From Corallococcus silvisoli (lineage in GTDB: Bacteria > Myxococcota > Myxococcia > Myxococcales > Myxococcaceae), in assembly GCF_009909145.1 (NCBI RefSeq), contig NZ_JAAAPJ010000005.1:336470-400469 (forward strand): a DNA stretch of 64,000 nt, in the 5' to 3' direction. The translations under genes were made by a program, and so were the position numbers. Below, piece by piece: positions 1 to 7,529 of this stretch; the first letter of the stretch is position 1; each line of letters begins with the position of its first letter. The notes under the pieces are model-generated. The model worked only from the letters and a program-made list of their open reading frames with translations, did not search any database and was not told the DNA's origin.

Positions 1-1
1 C

Positions 2-238
2 CAGATGCCCACCACGCTCTGGTTCACGGCCGACGCGCAGTTCACCACGGTGGAGTCCACGGGCGCGGCCACCGCCTGCTTCGTGCTCCTGCGCCACCTG
101 CTCGACCACCACGCGGGACAGTTCGAGTCACCGGGTCGTCCGCTGCACGAGCTGTACGTTCGGCTGAGGCAGGAGTGGGCGGCGTTCAACCCGTCCAACC
201 CCCTGCCAGGGGAGCCCCAGCGGTCCATGGCGGCCTAG
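2..238 (+). CDS. 3' end of a hypothetical protein gene whose start lies upstream of the window
   Basis: Frame open from the window edge to TAG 236-238. High GC3. Translation ...LWFTADAQFTTVESTGAATACFVLLRHLLDHHAG... has no motif I recognise. Confidence 0.5.
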   Translation, partial: QMPTTLWFTADAQFTTVESTGAATACFVLLRHLLDHHAGQFESPGRPLHELYVRLRQEWAAFNPSNPLPGEPQRSMAA

Positions 239-239
239 A

Positions 240-437
240 GCGCCGAACAGGTCGGGTATTGGCGAGGCCGAGGACCGCGGTTGGTCCGAGCAGAGCCTCA
301 TCATCCCGGGACTGCCCCGCGCGGAGGCGGAGCGCTTCGGTCGCGCGCACGGTCAGGTGGCCGTCCTGGCGGATCGCACCGGAGGTCCCGCGGAGTTGCT
401 GCTGTGTGGCAACGAAGCGCCGCCATCCGCGCCATGA
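240..437 (+). pseudogene. Start-less coding-like frame: possibly a frameshifted continuation of the upstream ORF, or a gene with a non-canonical start
   Basis: Frame open 168-437 (TGA 435-437) with GC3-rich codons. Protein-like translation (APNRSGIGEAEDRGWSEQSLIIPGLPRAEAERFGRAHGQVAVLADRTGGPAELLLCGNEAPP). No in-frame ATG/GTG/TTG before GTG 357, which is why it is absent from the ORF track. Confidence 0.3.
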
Positions 438-501
438 GCACGGGCAACAGCCGCGGACCCGTGTCGAGACGAAGTCGGGGCGCGAGCTTCACCGCGCCAC
501 C

Positions 502-2532
502 ATGAAGTCGCGCCATCGTCCACGAACCAGAGTAGGTTCCCCCTCCCTGTTCGCTGGAGCTCCGTCGATGCCACAAGCCACACCGCGCTCGTCACCTCTG
601 GGAGCGCGTCCCAGCGTCTTCCTGCTCGCCGGAGCGTTCGTCACCGGCATGTTCCTCTTCGCCCATGGCGGCTGCGGAGGTGACGAGTGCCAGGACGCCG
701 CCGACTGCCGCTTCGATCACAGCACACCGGCCGAGGGCAAGGAGTGGGTCTGCGAGGACAAGCGCTGCGAGCAGCATCCCGTCCAGCAGCCGCCTCCGGA
801 TGCGGGCTCGGACGCGGGGATGCCCGACGCGGGGACGCCCGACTCGGGGACGCCCGACGCGGGGATGCCCGACGCGGGGATGCCCGACGCGGGGAGACCC
901 GACTCGGGGATGCCCGACTCGGGTCCCACCACGGTGAGCGTGCAGGTGCTGGCGTTCAATGACTTCCACGGACAGCTCGAGGAGCCCGCGGGCCAGATCC
1001 TGACGGGCGTGGCCCCCGACGGTGGACCGGTGCGGGTGAACGCGGGCGGCGTGACGTACTTCGCCCGGCATATCGCGGCCCTGCGGGCCACCAATCCGAA
1101 CACGGTGGTGGTGGCGGCGGGAGACCTCATCGGCGCCTCGCCGCTGCTGTCGGCGCTCTTCCACGACGAGCCCACCATCGAGGCGATGAACCTGATTGGC
1201 CTGGACCTGGTCGCGGTGGGCAATCACGAGTTCGACGAGGGCAGCACGGAGCTGTTGCGCATGCAGTCGGGCGGCTGCCACCCGGTGGATGGCTGCCTGG
1301 ACGGGGATGGCTTCCCGGGCGCGAAGTTCAAGTTCCTGGCGGCCAACGTGGCCACGGGCGTGGACCGCACGCTGTTCCCCCGCTACGACGTGCGCGAGTT
1401 CGAGGGCGTGAAGGTGGCCTTCATCGGCATGACGTTGGAGGAAACGCCGGAAATCGTCACGCCCACGGGCGTGGCGGGGCTCACCTTCAAGGACGAAGTG
1501 CAGACGGTGAACGCGCTGGTGCCGGAGCTGCGGCGGCAGGGCATCGAAGCCATCATCGTGGTGGTGCACCAGGGCGGAATCGCGACCTCGGGCTCGCTGG
1601 TGAACGACTGCAAGGGCGCGGGTGCGAACGGCCTCATCTCAGGTGCCATCGTGGGCATCGCCAAGGGCCTCGACGACGCGGTGGATGTCATCGTCAGCGG
1701 CCACACGCATCAGGCCTACAACTGCGTCATCGACGGCAAGGTCGTCACGAGCGCCTCGTCGATGGGGCAGCTCGTCACGGACATCGACCTGACGCTGAGC
1801 AAGGCGACGGGCGACGTCGTGGAGGCGCGAGCGAACAACGTCATCGTCACCCGCGACGTGCAGGAGGTCGGCGAGGTGAAGGAGCTGGTGACGAAGTACC
1901 AGGAGCTCGTCACGCCGCTGGCCAACCGGGTCGTCGGCTGGGTGGCGCAGACGCTCAGGACACAGTCAGACTCCGCGGGCCAGTCCACCCTGGGCTACGT
2001 CGTCGCGGACTCGCAGCTGGAGGCGACGAAGCCCGCGAACCTGGGTGGGGCGCAGGTGGCCTTCATGAACCCGGGCGGCGTGCGCGCGGACATCGCCCAG
2101 GGCGAGGTCACCTACGGCGAGGTCTTCACCACGCAGCCGTTCGGCAACAGCCTGGTCACCCTGACGCTGACGGGCGCGCAAATCGGGCAACTGCTGGAGC
2201 GGCAGTGGCGGTCGTCGGGAGCCACCCTCATGCTGCTTCCGTCTGCGGGCTTCACCTATGCGTTCAGCGCGTCGGCGCCCATCGGAAGCCGCGTCGACCC
2301 GGCGTCCATCCGGATCAACGGCGTGCCAGTGAGCCTGACGGCGGAGTACCGCGTCACCGCGAACAACTACCTCGCGAGTGGGGGTGATGGCTTCTCGGTG
2401 CTCGCCGAGGGGAAGAACCGGCTGGGTGGCGCCGTGGACAGCGACGCGCTGGAGGCATACCTGAAGGCACACAGCAGCCAGGCGAGCCCCTTGCCCGCCC
2501 CCGCGCTCAATCGCGTCACCGTGCGGCCCTAG
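502..2532 (+). CDS. Metallophosphatase/5'-nucleotidase family lipoprotein (UshA-like)
   Basis: Calcineurin-like phosphoesterase motifs NDFHGQL, GDLIGASP, GNHEFD and GHTH, followed by a 5'-nucleotidase C-terminal-type region (TTQPFGNSLVTL). N-terminal hydrophobic segment ends ..LFAHGGC. Alternative start ATG 568. The Arg/Pro-rich 175-501 extension of the track ORF is rejected. Confidence 0.85.
   Translation: MKSRHRPRTRVGSPSLFAGAPSMPQATPRSSPLGARPSVFLLAGAFVTGMFLFAHGGCGGDECQDAADCRFDHSTPAEGKEWVCEDKRCEQHPVQQPPPDAGSDAGMPDAGTPDSGTPDAGMPDAGMPDAGRPDSGMPDSGPTTVSVQVLAFNDFHGQLEEPAGQILTGVAPDGGPVRVNAGGVTYFARHIAALRATNPNTVVVAAGDLIGASPLLSALFHDEPTIEAMNLIGLDLVAVGNHEFDEGSTELLRMQSGGCHPVDGCLDGDGFPGAKFKFLAANVATGVDRTLFPRYDVREFEGVKVAFIGMTLEETPEIVTPTGVAGLTFKDEVQTVNALVPELRRQGIEAIIVVVHQGGIATSGSLVNDCKGAGANGLISGAIVGIAKGLDDAVDVIVSGHTHQAYNCVIDGKVVTSASSMGQLVTDIDLTLSKATGDVVEARANNVIVTRDVQEVGEVKELVTKYQELVTPLANRVVGWVAQTLRTQSDSAGQSTLGYVVADSQLEATKPANLGGAQVAFMNPGGVRADIAQGEVTYGEVFTTQPFGNSLVTLTLTGAQIGQLLERQWRSSGATLMLLPSAGFTYAFSASAPIGSRVDPASIRINGVPVSLTAEYRVTANNYLASGGDGFSVLAEGKNRLGGAVDSDALEAYLKAHSSQASPLPAPALNRVTVRP
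797..926 (+). repeat. Imperfect 15-bp tandem repeat (~8 units) encoding an xPD(A/S)G pentapeptide linker
   Basis: Repeated gcccgac(g/t)cgggga(t/c) units read directly. Translation is PDAGSDAGMPDAGTPDSGTPDAGMPDAGMPDAGRPDSGMPDSG, inside the nucleotidase gene. Confidence 0.9.
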
Positions 2533-2704
2533 AGCGCCGGACAGGTCAGGTCACGACGCGCGAAGGTGACGCGCGGCGACTTCGAGGTCTGGGTCGAGCG
2601 CTCCGAGAACCGACCGCCAGCAGCGGTCGCTCGCAGACATCGGGAAGCCTCAGGAGCTTCTGCTCGCGGGCACTGCACTTCATCGTGGGCTTCCATCGGT
2701 CCAA

Positions 2705-2731
2705 CCGGCACCTCCATGCGGAGGTGACCGG
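2705..2731. other. Strong stem-loop in a ~370-bp untranslated gap
   Basis: CCGGCACCTCC-ATGC-GGAGGTGACCGG: 11 bp with one bulge and a 4-nt loop. No T-tract. No convincing ORF between 2533 and 2906. Confidence 0.4.
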
Positions 2732-2906
2732 AGCACTCGGCGACGGCTCGCGTCGGCGGTGCTCGTAAGCGATCGATTTTCCCTCGGGCTGATTCCTGAT
2801 CGGCGCTCTAGCTTCCTGAAGGGGAGCGAATGCCTGGAGTTTCGCGTGCATCAGGCGATGCCCTGCGTAGGATTCAGGCCCTCACCCGTCCCCCTCCGGA
2901 GGTCCC

Positions 2907-3308
2907 ATGGCATCTCCCACCGATACGCAGGATCCCTTCGAGCGCATCTACCGCGTCTGCGAACAGGTGCCGGCCGGAAAGGTGGCCACGTACGGCGACA
3001 TCGCCGCCATCGTGGGCGGCGGCTGTGATGCGCGCATGGTGGGCCACGCGATGGCGGCCCTGGGTTCGCGCGCGGCGAAGGTGCCGTGGCAGCGCATCAT
3101 CAACCGCACGGGCGGCATCAGCACCTCCGGCCCTCGCCAGCGCGAGCTGCTGGAGGAGGAAGGCGTCGCGTTCGACGACAAGGGCCACGTGCGCATGGAC
3201 GCGCACCACTGGGCGGGACCGAGCGACGCGTGGGCGCGCGCCCACGGCTTCAGCGTGCTGCCGCCCCGGGACGCGCCAGCCCCGGCCTCGCAGCTCAAGC
3301 TCTTCTGA
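2907..3308 (+). CDS. MGMT-family DNA-binding protein, alkyltransferase-like (ATL) type
   Basis: Ogt/MGMT C-terminal domain pattern (VPAGKVATYGDIA...VGHAM...VPWQRIINRTGGIS). Trp replaces the acceptor Cys of the PCHRV motif. GGAGG lies 5 nt upstream of the ATG. Confidence 0.8.
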   Translation: MASPTDTQDPFERIYRVCEQVPAGKVATYGDIAAIVGGGCDARMVGHAMAALGSRAAKVPWQRIINRTGGISTSGPRQRELLEEEGVAFDDKGHVRMDAHHWAGPSDAWARAHGFSVLPPRDAPAPASQLKLF

Positions 3309-3429
3309 AACACACCCCGCGTCGGGGCGTCCGGGCATCAGCCCGAAGCGCTCGGTGGGTCGGCTGCTTTTCAGCGCGGAATAAAGACGGCACCTTCAGG
3401 TCCTCGCCCACTCCTTGGACCTCCGAAGA

Positions 3430-3975
3430 ATGTCCCCTCCCCTGCTCCCACGGGGCCTCGTGCTCCTGGCCTGGCTGCTGGCAACCCCTGGGTTCGCGAA
3501 GGACGCGAAGGTCGGCAAGGCCCAGGGGAAGGGCCCGCGGCTGGTGCGCATCCAGGGCGCCCACCGGCTCCACCGCGACGCGGCGGCGGCCTTCGAGCGC
3601 ATGGCGGCGGAGGCTCGCGCGGCGGGGCGGACCCTGCTCGTGACGAGCGGGTGGCGTTCGTACCAGCAGCAGCGCTTCCTTTGGCGCCGCTACCGCAACG
3701 GCCTGGGGCCCAAGGCCGCGTGGCCGGGCCGCTCCAACCACAACCGCGGGCTGGCGGTGGATCTGGTCGTGGGGAGGGACATGGACTCCCCCACGTATGA
3801 ATGGCTCGCGGCGAACGCGTGCCGCTTCGGCTTCCGGCGAACGGTCGCGTCGGAGCCGTGGCACTGGGAGTACCGGCCGCGAAGCACCGCGACGCCCCAG
3901 GACGGTGAGGACTGCCTGGGGCGTCCGGTGGAGAGTGAGCCCGCGTCAGCCGTGGTCCGTCAGGACGCCAGCTAG
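3430..3975 (+). CDS. Secreted D-alanyl-D-alanine carboxypeptidase family protein (peptidase M15B, VanY-like)
   Basis: Signal peptide MSPPLLPRGLVLLAWLLATPGFA. Motifs SGWRSYQQQ, SNHNRGLAVD and EPWHWEY are typical of VanY-type zinc peptidases. The track ORF starts at TTG 3415; ATG 3430 is preferred. Confidence 0.85.
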   Translation: MSPPLLPRGLVLLAWLLATPGFAKDAKVGKAQGKGPRLVRIQGAHRLHRDAAAAFERMAAEARAAGRTLLVTSGWRSYQQQRFLWRRYRNGLGPKAAWPGRSNHNRGLAVDLVVGRDMDSPTYEWLAANACRFGFRRTVASEPWHWEYRPRSTATPQDGEDCLGRPVESEPASAVVRQDAS

Positions 3976-3994
3976 CGCGTGCGCCTCCGTCACC

Positions 3995-4867
3995 TCACTG
4001 GCACCTGCCGAAGCTGCACGTGAGCGGGAAGCCACACGTATTGCCGCAGCAGGGCCCGTTCCGGTAGCCGCAGGACTCGCAGCGGTTCGACACACCACAC
4101 CCACCCTGCACGCAGTAGGCCCCCGAGCAGCAGGTTTCACCGATGTGGCCGCAGAACAGCTGACAGGTCCCACCGCTGCACGTGAGGACCCCTGAGCAGA
4201 CCTGCCCCGGGCAGCACGTCTCGCCGTTGTAACCACAATGGGCCTGACCGCAGCCGAACAGCTCCAGCTTCCCCATGGAGACGACGACGATGCCCGCCGC
4301 CGGATCATTGTCATCCGTGATGTTCAGCCGGTACTTCAGGTAGCTTCCCGGGGACCCCACCGTATAGGTGCGGGTCTGCAGCCCGGGCCAGCCGGTCTCT
4401 CCCGAGCGCGTGTCCACCACCACCCAACCGCTGCCATTCCACCCCTCCAGCGTCCAGGCGCTGGGCGCGCGACTGGTCAGCGAGCCGTTGGCGAACGTGA
4501 TGGCGTAGCTGGTGACGAGCCGGGGCGTGAAGTCCGTCCACTCGTAGGCGATCCACGCCGGCGTTTGATAGACGGCGGAGATCCACATGCTCGTGTTGGA
4601 GCTGTCGAAGGCCTGCCAGGCCTCATACGAGGAGTCATAGGCGCCTGACCGGGTGACACTGCCGCTGGGGGCCGTCGCGCTGGTCATCGCTGGCACCAGG
4701 CTGACGGTCGTCGAACAGCTCAGCGCGGCCTCGCTCGTGGCCAGTTCGGGTATCGCCGCGGCGCTCTCCTCTAGCGGCGCTCCAGGCGAATCGGTATTTC
4801 CACAGCCAAGGGCGAACAGTGAAAGCAAGGCACTTCCCAGGACGACGATACGGCCAGGATTTCTCAT
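3995..4867 (-). CDS. Lipoprotein with a galactose-binding-like (discoidin/F5-8C-like) domain and three C-terminal 6-Cys modules
   Basis: Lipobox LFALGC. Central beta-rich region (AWTLEGWNGSGWVVVDT...YRLNITDDND). C-terminus holds three modules of CG-x5-CC-x3/4-C-x4/6-C-x4/5-C. GGAGG lies upstream of the ATG. Confidence 0.8.
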   Translation of the reverse strand: MRNPGRIVVLGSALLSLFALGCGNTDSPGAPLEESAAAIPELATSEAALSCSTTVSLVPAMTSATAPSGSVTRSGAYDSSYEAWQAFDSSNTSMWISAVYQTPAWIAYEWTDFTPRLVTSYAITFANGSLTSRAPSAWTLEGWNGSGWVVVDTRSGETGWPGLQTRTYTVGSPGSYLKYRLNITDDNDPAAGIVVVSMGKLELFGCGQAHCGYNGETCCPGQVCSGVLTCSGGTCQLFCGHIGETCCSGAYCVQGGCGVSNRCESCGYRNGPCCGNTCGFPLTCSFGRCQ

Positions 4868-5097
4868 CGAGATGAGCCTCCAGGATTCGGAATGGTGAGC
4901 CTTTGATAACTCACACCCAGAGTCTCAGTTGCTTCACCCTCGATGTCCATCACCGCGCCCCCGCCCTCCCGTTCTTCCGTGGCGGACGCCGCGGCGCGCA
5001 CGTGCGTGCGGTAGCGTTCCGGTGCGGGTGGATCGCCGGCTGGGCAGGGGATGCACTTGGGCACGAAGATGTCACCCAAGACGCGCTCCTTTTTCAT
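4864..5097 (-). CDS. Candidate 77-aa ORF translationally coupled to the lipoprotein gene
   Basis: Its TGA overlaps the lipoprotein ATG (ATGA). GC3 is high over the first two-thirds. No SD sequence and no recognisable motif (MKKERVLGDIFVPKCIPCPAGD...). Confidence 0.3.
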   Translation of the reverse strand: MKKERVLGDIFVPKCIPCPAGDPPAPERYRTHVRAAASATEEREGGGAVMDIEGEATETLGVSYQRLTIPNPGGSSR

Positions 5098-5318
5098 CGC
5101 CAATGCGAGAAGCGTCGGGTGCCCCCATCCGCGATAAAAGCCGGCGAGCCAGACTGTATTCTAGTCGATACTCGGCGGGAGCGCGTCCATGAGCAGCCCG
5201 TGTATGAGGCATGCTGCTGGCGGGTCGGTATTGCCCGTCCAGGTTGGTGTTTGGATTGGAAGTCGAGCGCCTGGATTTGAGGGGGAGCCGTTGCGCGCCA
5301 TCCGAGATCGGGTGCTAC

Positions 5319-6671
5319 ATGAAAACCTGGATTCGCTTCCTGGGGAGTCGCGCCACTCAACTCCGGCAGACGGTGCTGGGAGCCCTCCAAGGCTCGGGCC
5401 TCGAGATGGTGTCGCGCCCGGAGGAAGCTCCCCCTGGCCTCGGAGTGATTGTCTTCGATGAAGTGGAAGCGAACACGCTGGAAGCCGTGCGGGACTGCCG
5501 GCTGAGCCCTTCGACACGGGTCCTCGCGGTGGCCACGACGGGCCAGGGACTCGGTGAAGGGGCTTGCTGGCGGCTGCTTCAGGCGGGAGCCTCGGACGTG
5601 CTCGTCTGGGAGGGCGCGCGTGACGCGGCGGCGGAGATCGCCGCACGGCTGGAGCGCTGGCACCAGGTGGAGCGGCTCATCGAGTCGCCCGCCGTGCAAC
5701 GGCGCCTGGTGGGCCGGGCCGCCACCTGGCTCCCGGTGCTGCGCCAGCTCGTGGAGGTGGCCGCGTTCACTGACGCCTCGGTGCTGCTGCTCGGGGAGAG
5801 CGGCACCGGCAAGGAGGAGATGGCCTGTCTCATCCACGAGCTGGACATGCGCCCGGACAAGCGGGAGCTGGTGACGCTGGACTGTACGACGGTGGTGCCG
5901 GAGCTGTCGGGCAGCGAGTTCTTCGGGCATGAGCGGGGCGCCTTCACGGGAGCGACGAACACCCGAGACGGGGCCTTCGCCCTGGCCCATGGCGGGACGC
6001 TGTTCCTGGACGAGGTGGGCGAGCTGCCCCTGGCCCTCCAGGCTCAGTTGCTGCGGGTGGTGCAGGAGCGTCTGTACAAGCGCGTGGGCTCCAACACCTG
6101 GCAGCGGACGGACTTCCGGCTCGTCTGCGCCACCAACCGCGAGCTGTCCCAGCAGGTCGCCCAGGGCGGCTTCCGCCGCGACTTCTTCCACCGCATCCTG
6201 AGCTGGGTGTGCCGGCTCCCGCCCCTGCGCGAGCGACCCGAGGACATCCTCCCGCTGGCCCAGCACTTCCTCCGGTCGATGCGACCCGACATGGCGCTCG
6301 AGCTGGATCCCCACGTGCGGGAGTACCTCCTCAAGCGCAGCTACCCGGGAAACATCCGGGAGCTGCGTCAGCTCATCGGGCGCCTCTGCAAGCGGCACGT
6401 GGGCACCGGGCCCATCACCGTGGGCGACATTCCCCCCGACGAGCTCCCTTCCTCCGAAGGGCTCGGGGACTGGCAGGACGTCTCGTTCGCGCAGGCCATC
6501 CAGCGCGCCCTGTCGCTCGGGGTGGGGCTCAAGGAGATTGGCCGGAGCGCCTCGGACACGGCCATCCGGCTGGCCCTCGCCGAGGAGCAGGGCAACCTCC
6601 AACGCGCCGCCCGGCGGCTGGGCGTCACGGACCGCGCGCTCCAGCTCCGCCGGGCCCAGCGCGACGAATAG
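5319..6671 (+). CDS. Sigma-54-dependent transcriptional activator (NtrC family) with a degenerate receiver-like N-terminus
   Basis: AAA+ Walker A GESGTGKE, the sigma-54 contact motif GAFTGA, and a C-terminal Fis-type HTH (GNLQRAARRLGVTDRALQ). The N-terminal ~120 aa is receiver-like but lacks the acidic pair and the conserved Lys. Confidence 0.9.
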   Translation: MKTWIRFLGSRATQLRQTVLGALQGSGLEMVSRPEEAPPGLGVIVFDEVEANTLEAVRDCRLSPSTRVLAVATTGQGLGEGACWRLLQAGASDVLVWEGARDAAAEIAARLERWHQVERLIESPAVQRRLVGRAATWLPVLRQLVEVAAFTDASVLLLGESGTGKEEMACLIHELDMRPDKRELVTLDCTTVVPELSGSEFFGHERGAFTGATNTRDGAFALAHGGTLFLDEVGELPLALQAQLLRVVQERLYKRVGSNTWQRTDFRLVCATNRELSQQVAQGGFRRDFFHRILSWVCRLPPLRERPEDILPLAQHFLRSMRPDMALELDPHVREYLLKRSYPGNIRELRQLIGRLCKRHVGTGPITVGDIPPDELPSSEGLGDWQDVSFAQAIQRALSLGVGLKEIGRSASDTAIRLALAEEQGNLQRAARRLGVTDRALQLRRAQRDE

Positions 6672-6685
6672 CCGGAGTCATCGCC

Positions 6686-7522
6686 TCAGCATCCGCCGCC
6701 TCGGAGCGCATCGGGGGTCCAGGGGTCTCGCGGCTCTTCCTCCACCGAGGGGGCCGGGCCCTTCCAGGCAGACCTCCGCCCCAAGGGCCTTGGGCGGCAC
6801 CGGCCCATCAATCGCAGCAGGTTGCCCCCCAACACGAGCTGCCGGTCCTTCGGAGACAGCTCCAGCGCGAGCACCTTGGCCAGCTCCACCCCCGGGTGCA
6901 GCCACGGGCCATCCGAGCCGAAGAGCAGCTTGTGTGCCCCGGCCCGCTCCACCGCCTCCTCCAGCAGGTCGAAGCGGCGCACCCCAGCGGTGTCGGCGTG
7001 GACGTTGGGCAGGCGCGCCAGGAGGTCCAACAGCGCGCGCTGCGCTCGCCAGTCGTCCGCGAAGCTGCCCAGGTGCGGGATGATGAAGCTCACCTCCGGG
7101 TACTCGGTGGCGATCAACTCCACACCGGAGACTTCTCCCATCACGTCGTAGAGGATGGGCAGCGCGAAGGCCCGGGCCACCTCGCAGATCTCACGGGAGA
7201 TGCGCGCGTCGTAGCGGTGGACCTTGATGCCCCGGAAGCCGTAGCGCCGCACGGCCTCCTGGACCCGCTCGAAGACGCGCCCGCGGTCTCTCACGGCATG
7301 CACGAAGGCGAAGCCGTAGAAGCGCTCCGGGTGGCGTTTCACGAGGCGGGCCACCTGGCGATTCGCCGTGGCGTAGTCGGAGTGGAACGCGGCCAGCAGC
7401 ACCGTGCGGGAGATGCCCGCGGCGGACGCGCGCCGCAGGTAGTCCTCCAGCGGCGCGGAGGTGTCCCAGGGGCCGGTGAGCCCGTCGCCCTTCCCGGCAT
7501 GGCAATGGCAGTCGATGATCAT
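6686..7522 (-). CDS. Amidohydrolase-2 family metal-dependent hydrolase (operon gene F)
   Basis: Starts MIIDCHCH (HxH metal motif). Also GIKVH, IIPHLG and LLFGSDGPW, typical of TIM-barrel amidohydrolases. The track ORF 6686-7657 is trimmed to ATG 7522, 7 nt after the stop of gene E. Confidence 0.85.
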   Translation of the reverse strand: MIIDCHCHAGKGDGLTGPWDTSAPLEDYLRRASAAGISRTVLLAAFHSDYATANRQVARLVKRHPERFYGFAFVHAVRDRGRVFERVQEAVRRYGFRGIKVHRYDARISREICEVARAFALPILYDVMGEVSGVELIATEYPEVSFIIPHLGSFADDWRAQRALLDLLARLPNVHADTAGVRRFDLLEEAVERAGAHKLLFGSDGPWLHPGVELAKVLALELSPKDRQLVLGGNLLRLMGRCRPRPLGRRSAWKGPAPSVEEEPRDPWTPDALRGGGC

Positions 7523-7529
7523 CGTCGCG

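Noticed and set aside
175-501. N-terminal 109 codons of track ORF 175-2532
   Set aside because: The translation is Arg/Pro/Ser-rich with no protein-like character. A good ATG (502, or 568) precedes the signal/lipobox region of the nucleotidase. A different frame in 240-437 looks more coding-like.
2546-2851. 101-aa and 62-aa minus-strand ORFs in the gap between the nucleotidase and ATL genes
   Set aside because: The translations are not protein-like (Arg/Pro/Ser-rich). There is no RBS and no motif. The region is treated as untranslated.
5094-6602. 502-aa minus-strand ORF antisense to the sigma-54 activator gene
   Set aside because: It is the mirror frame of a gene with clear AAA+/GAFTGA/HTH motifs. 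The translation is low-complexity (R/G/A/P/L-rich). This is a typical stop-codon-poor antisense frame in high-GC DNA.
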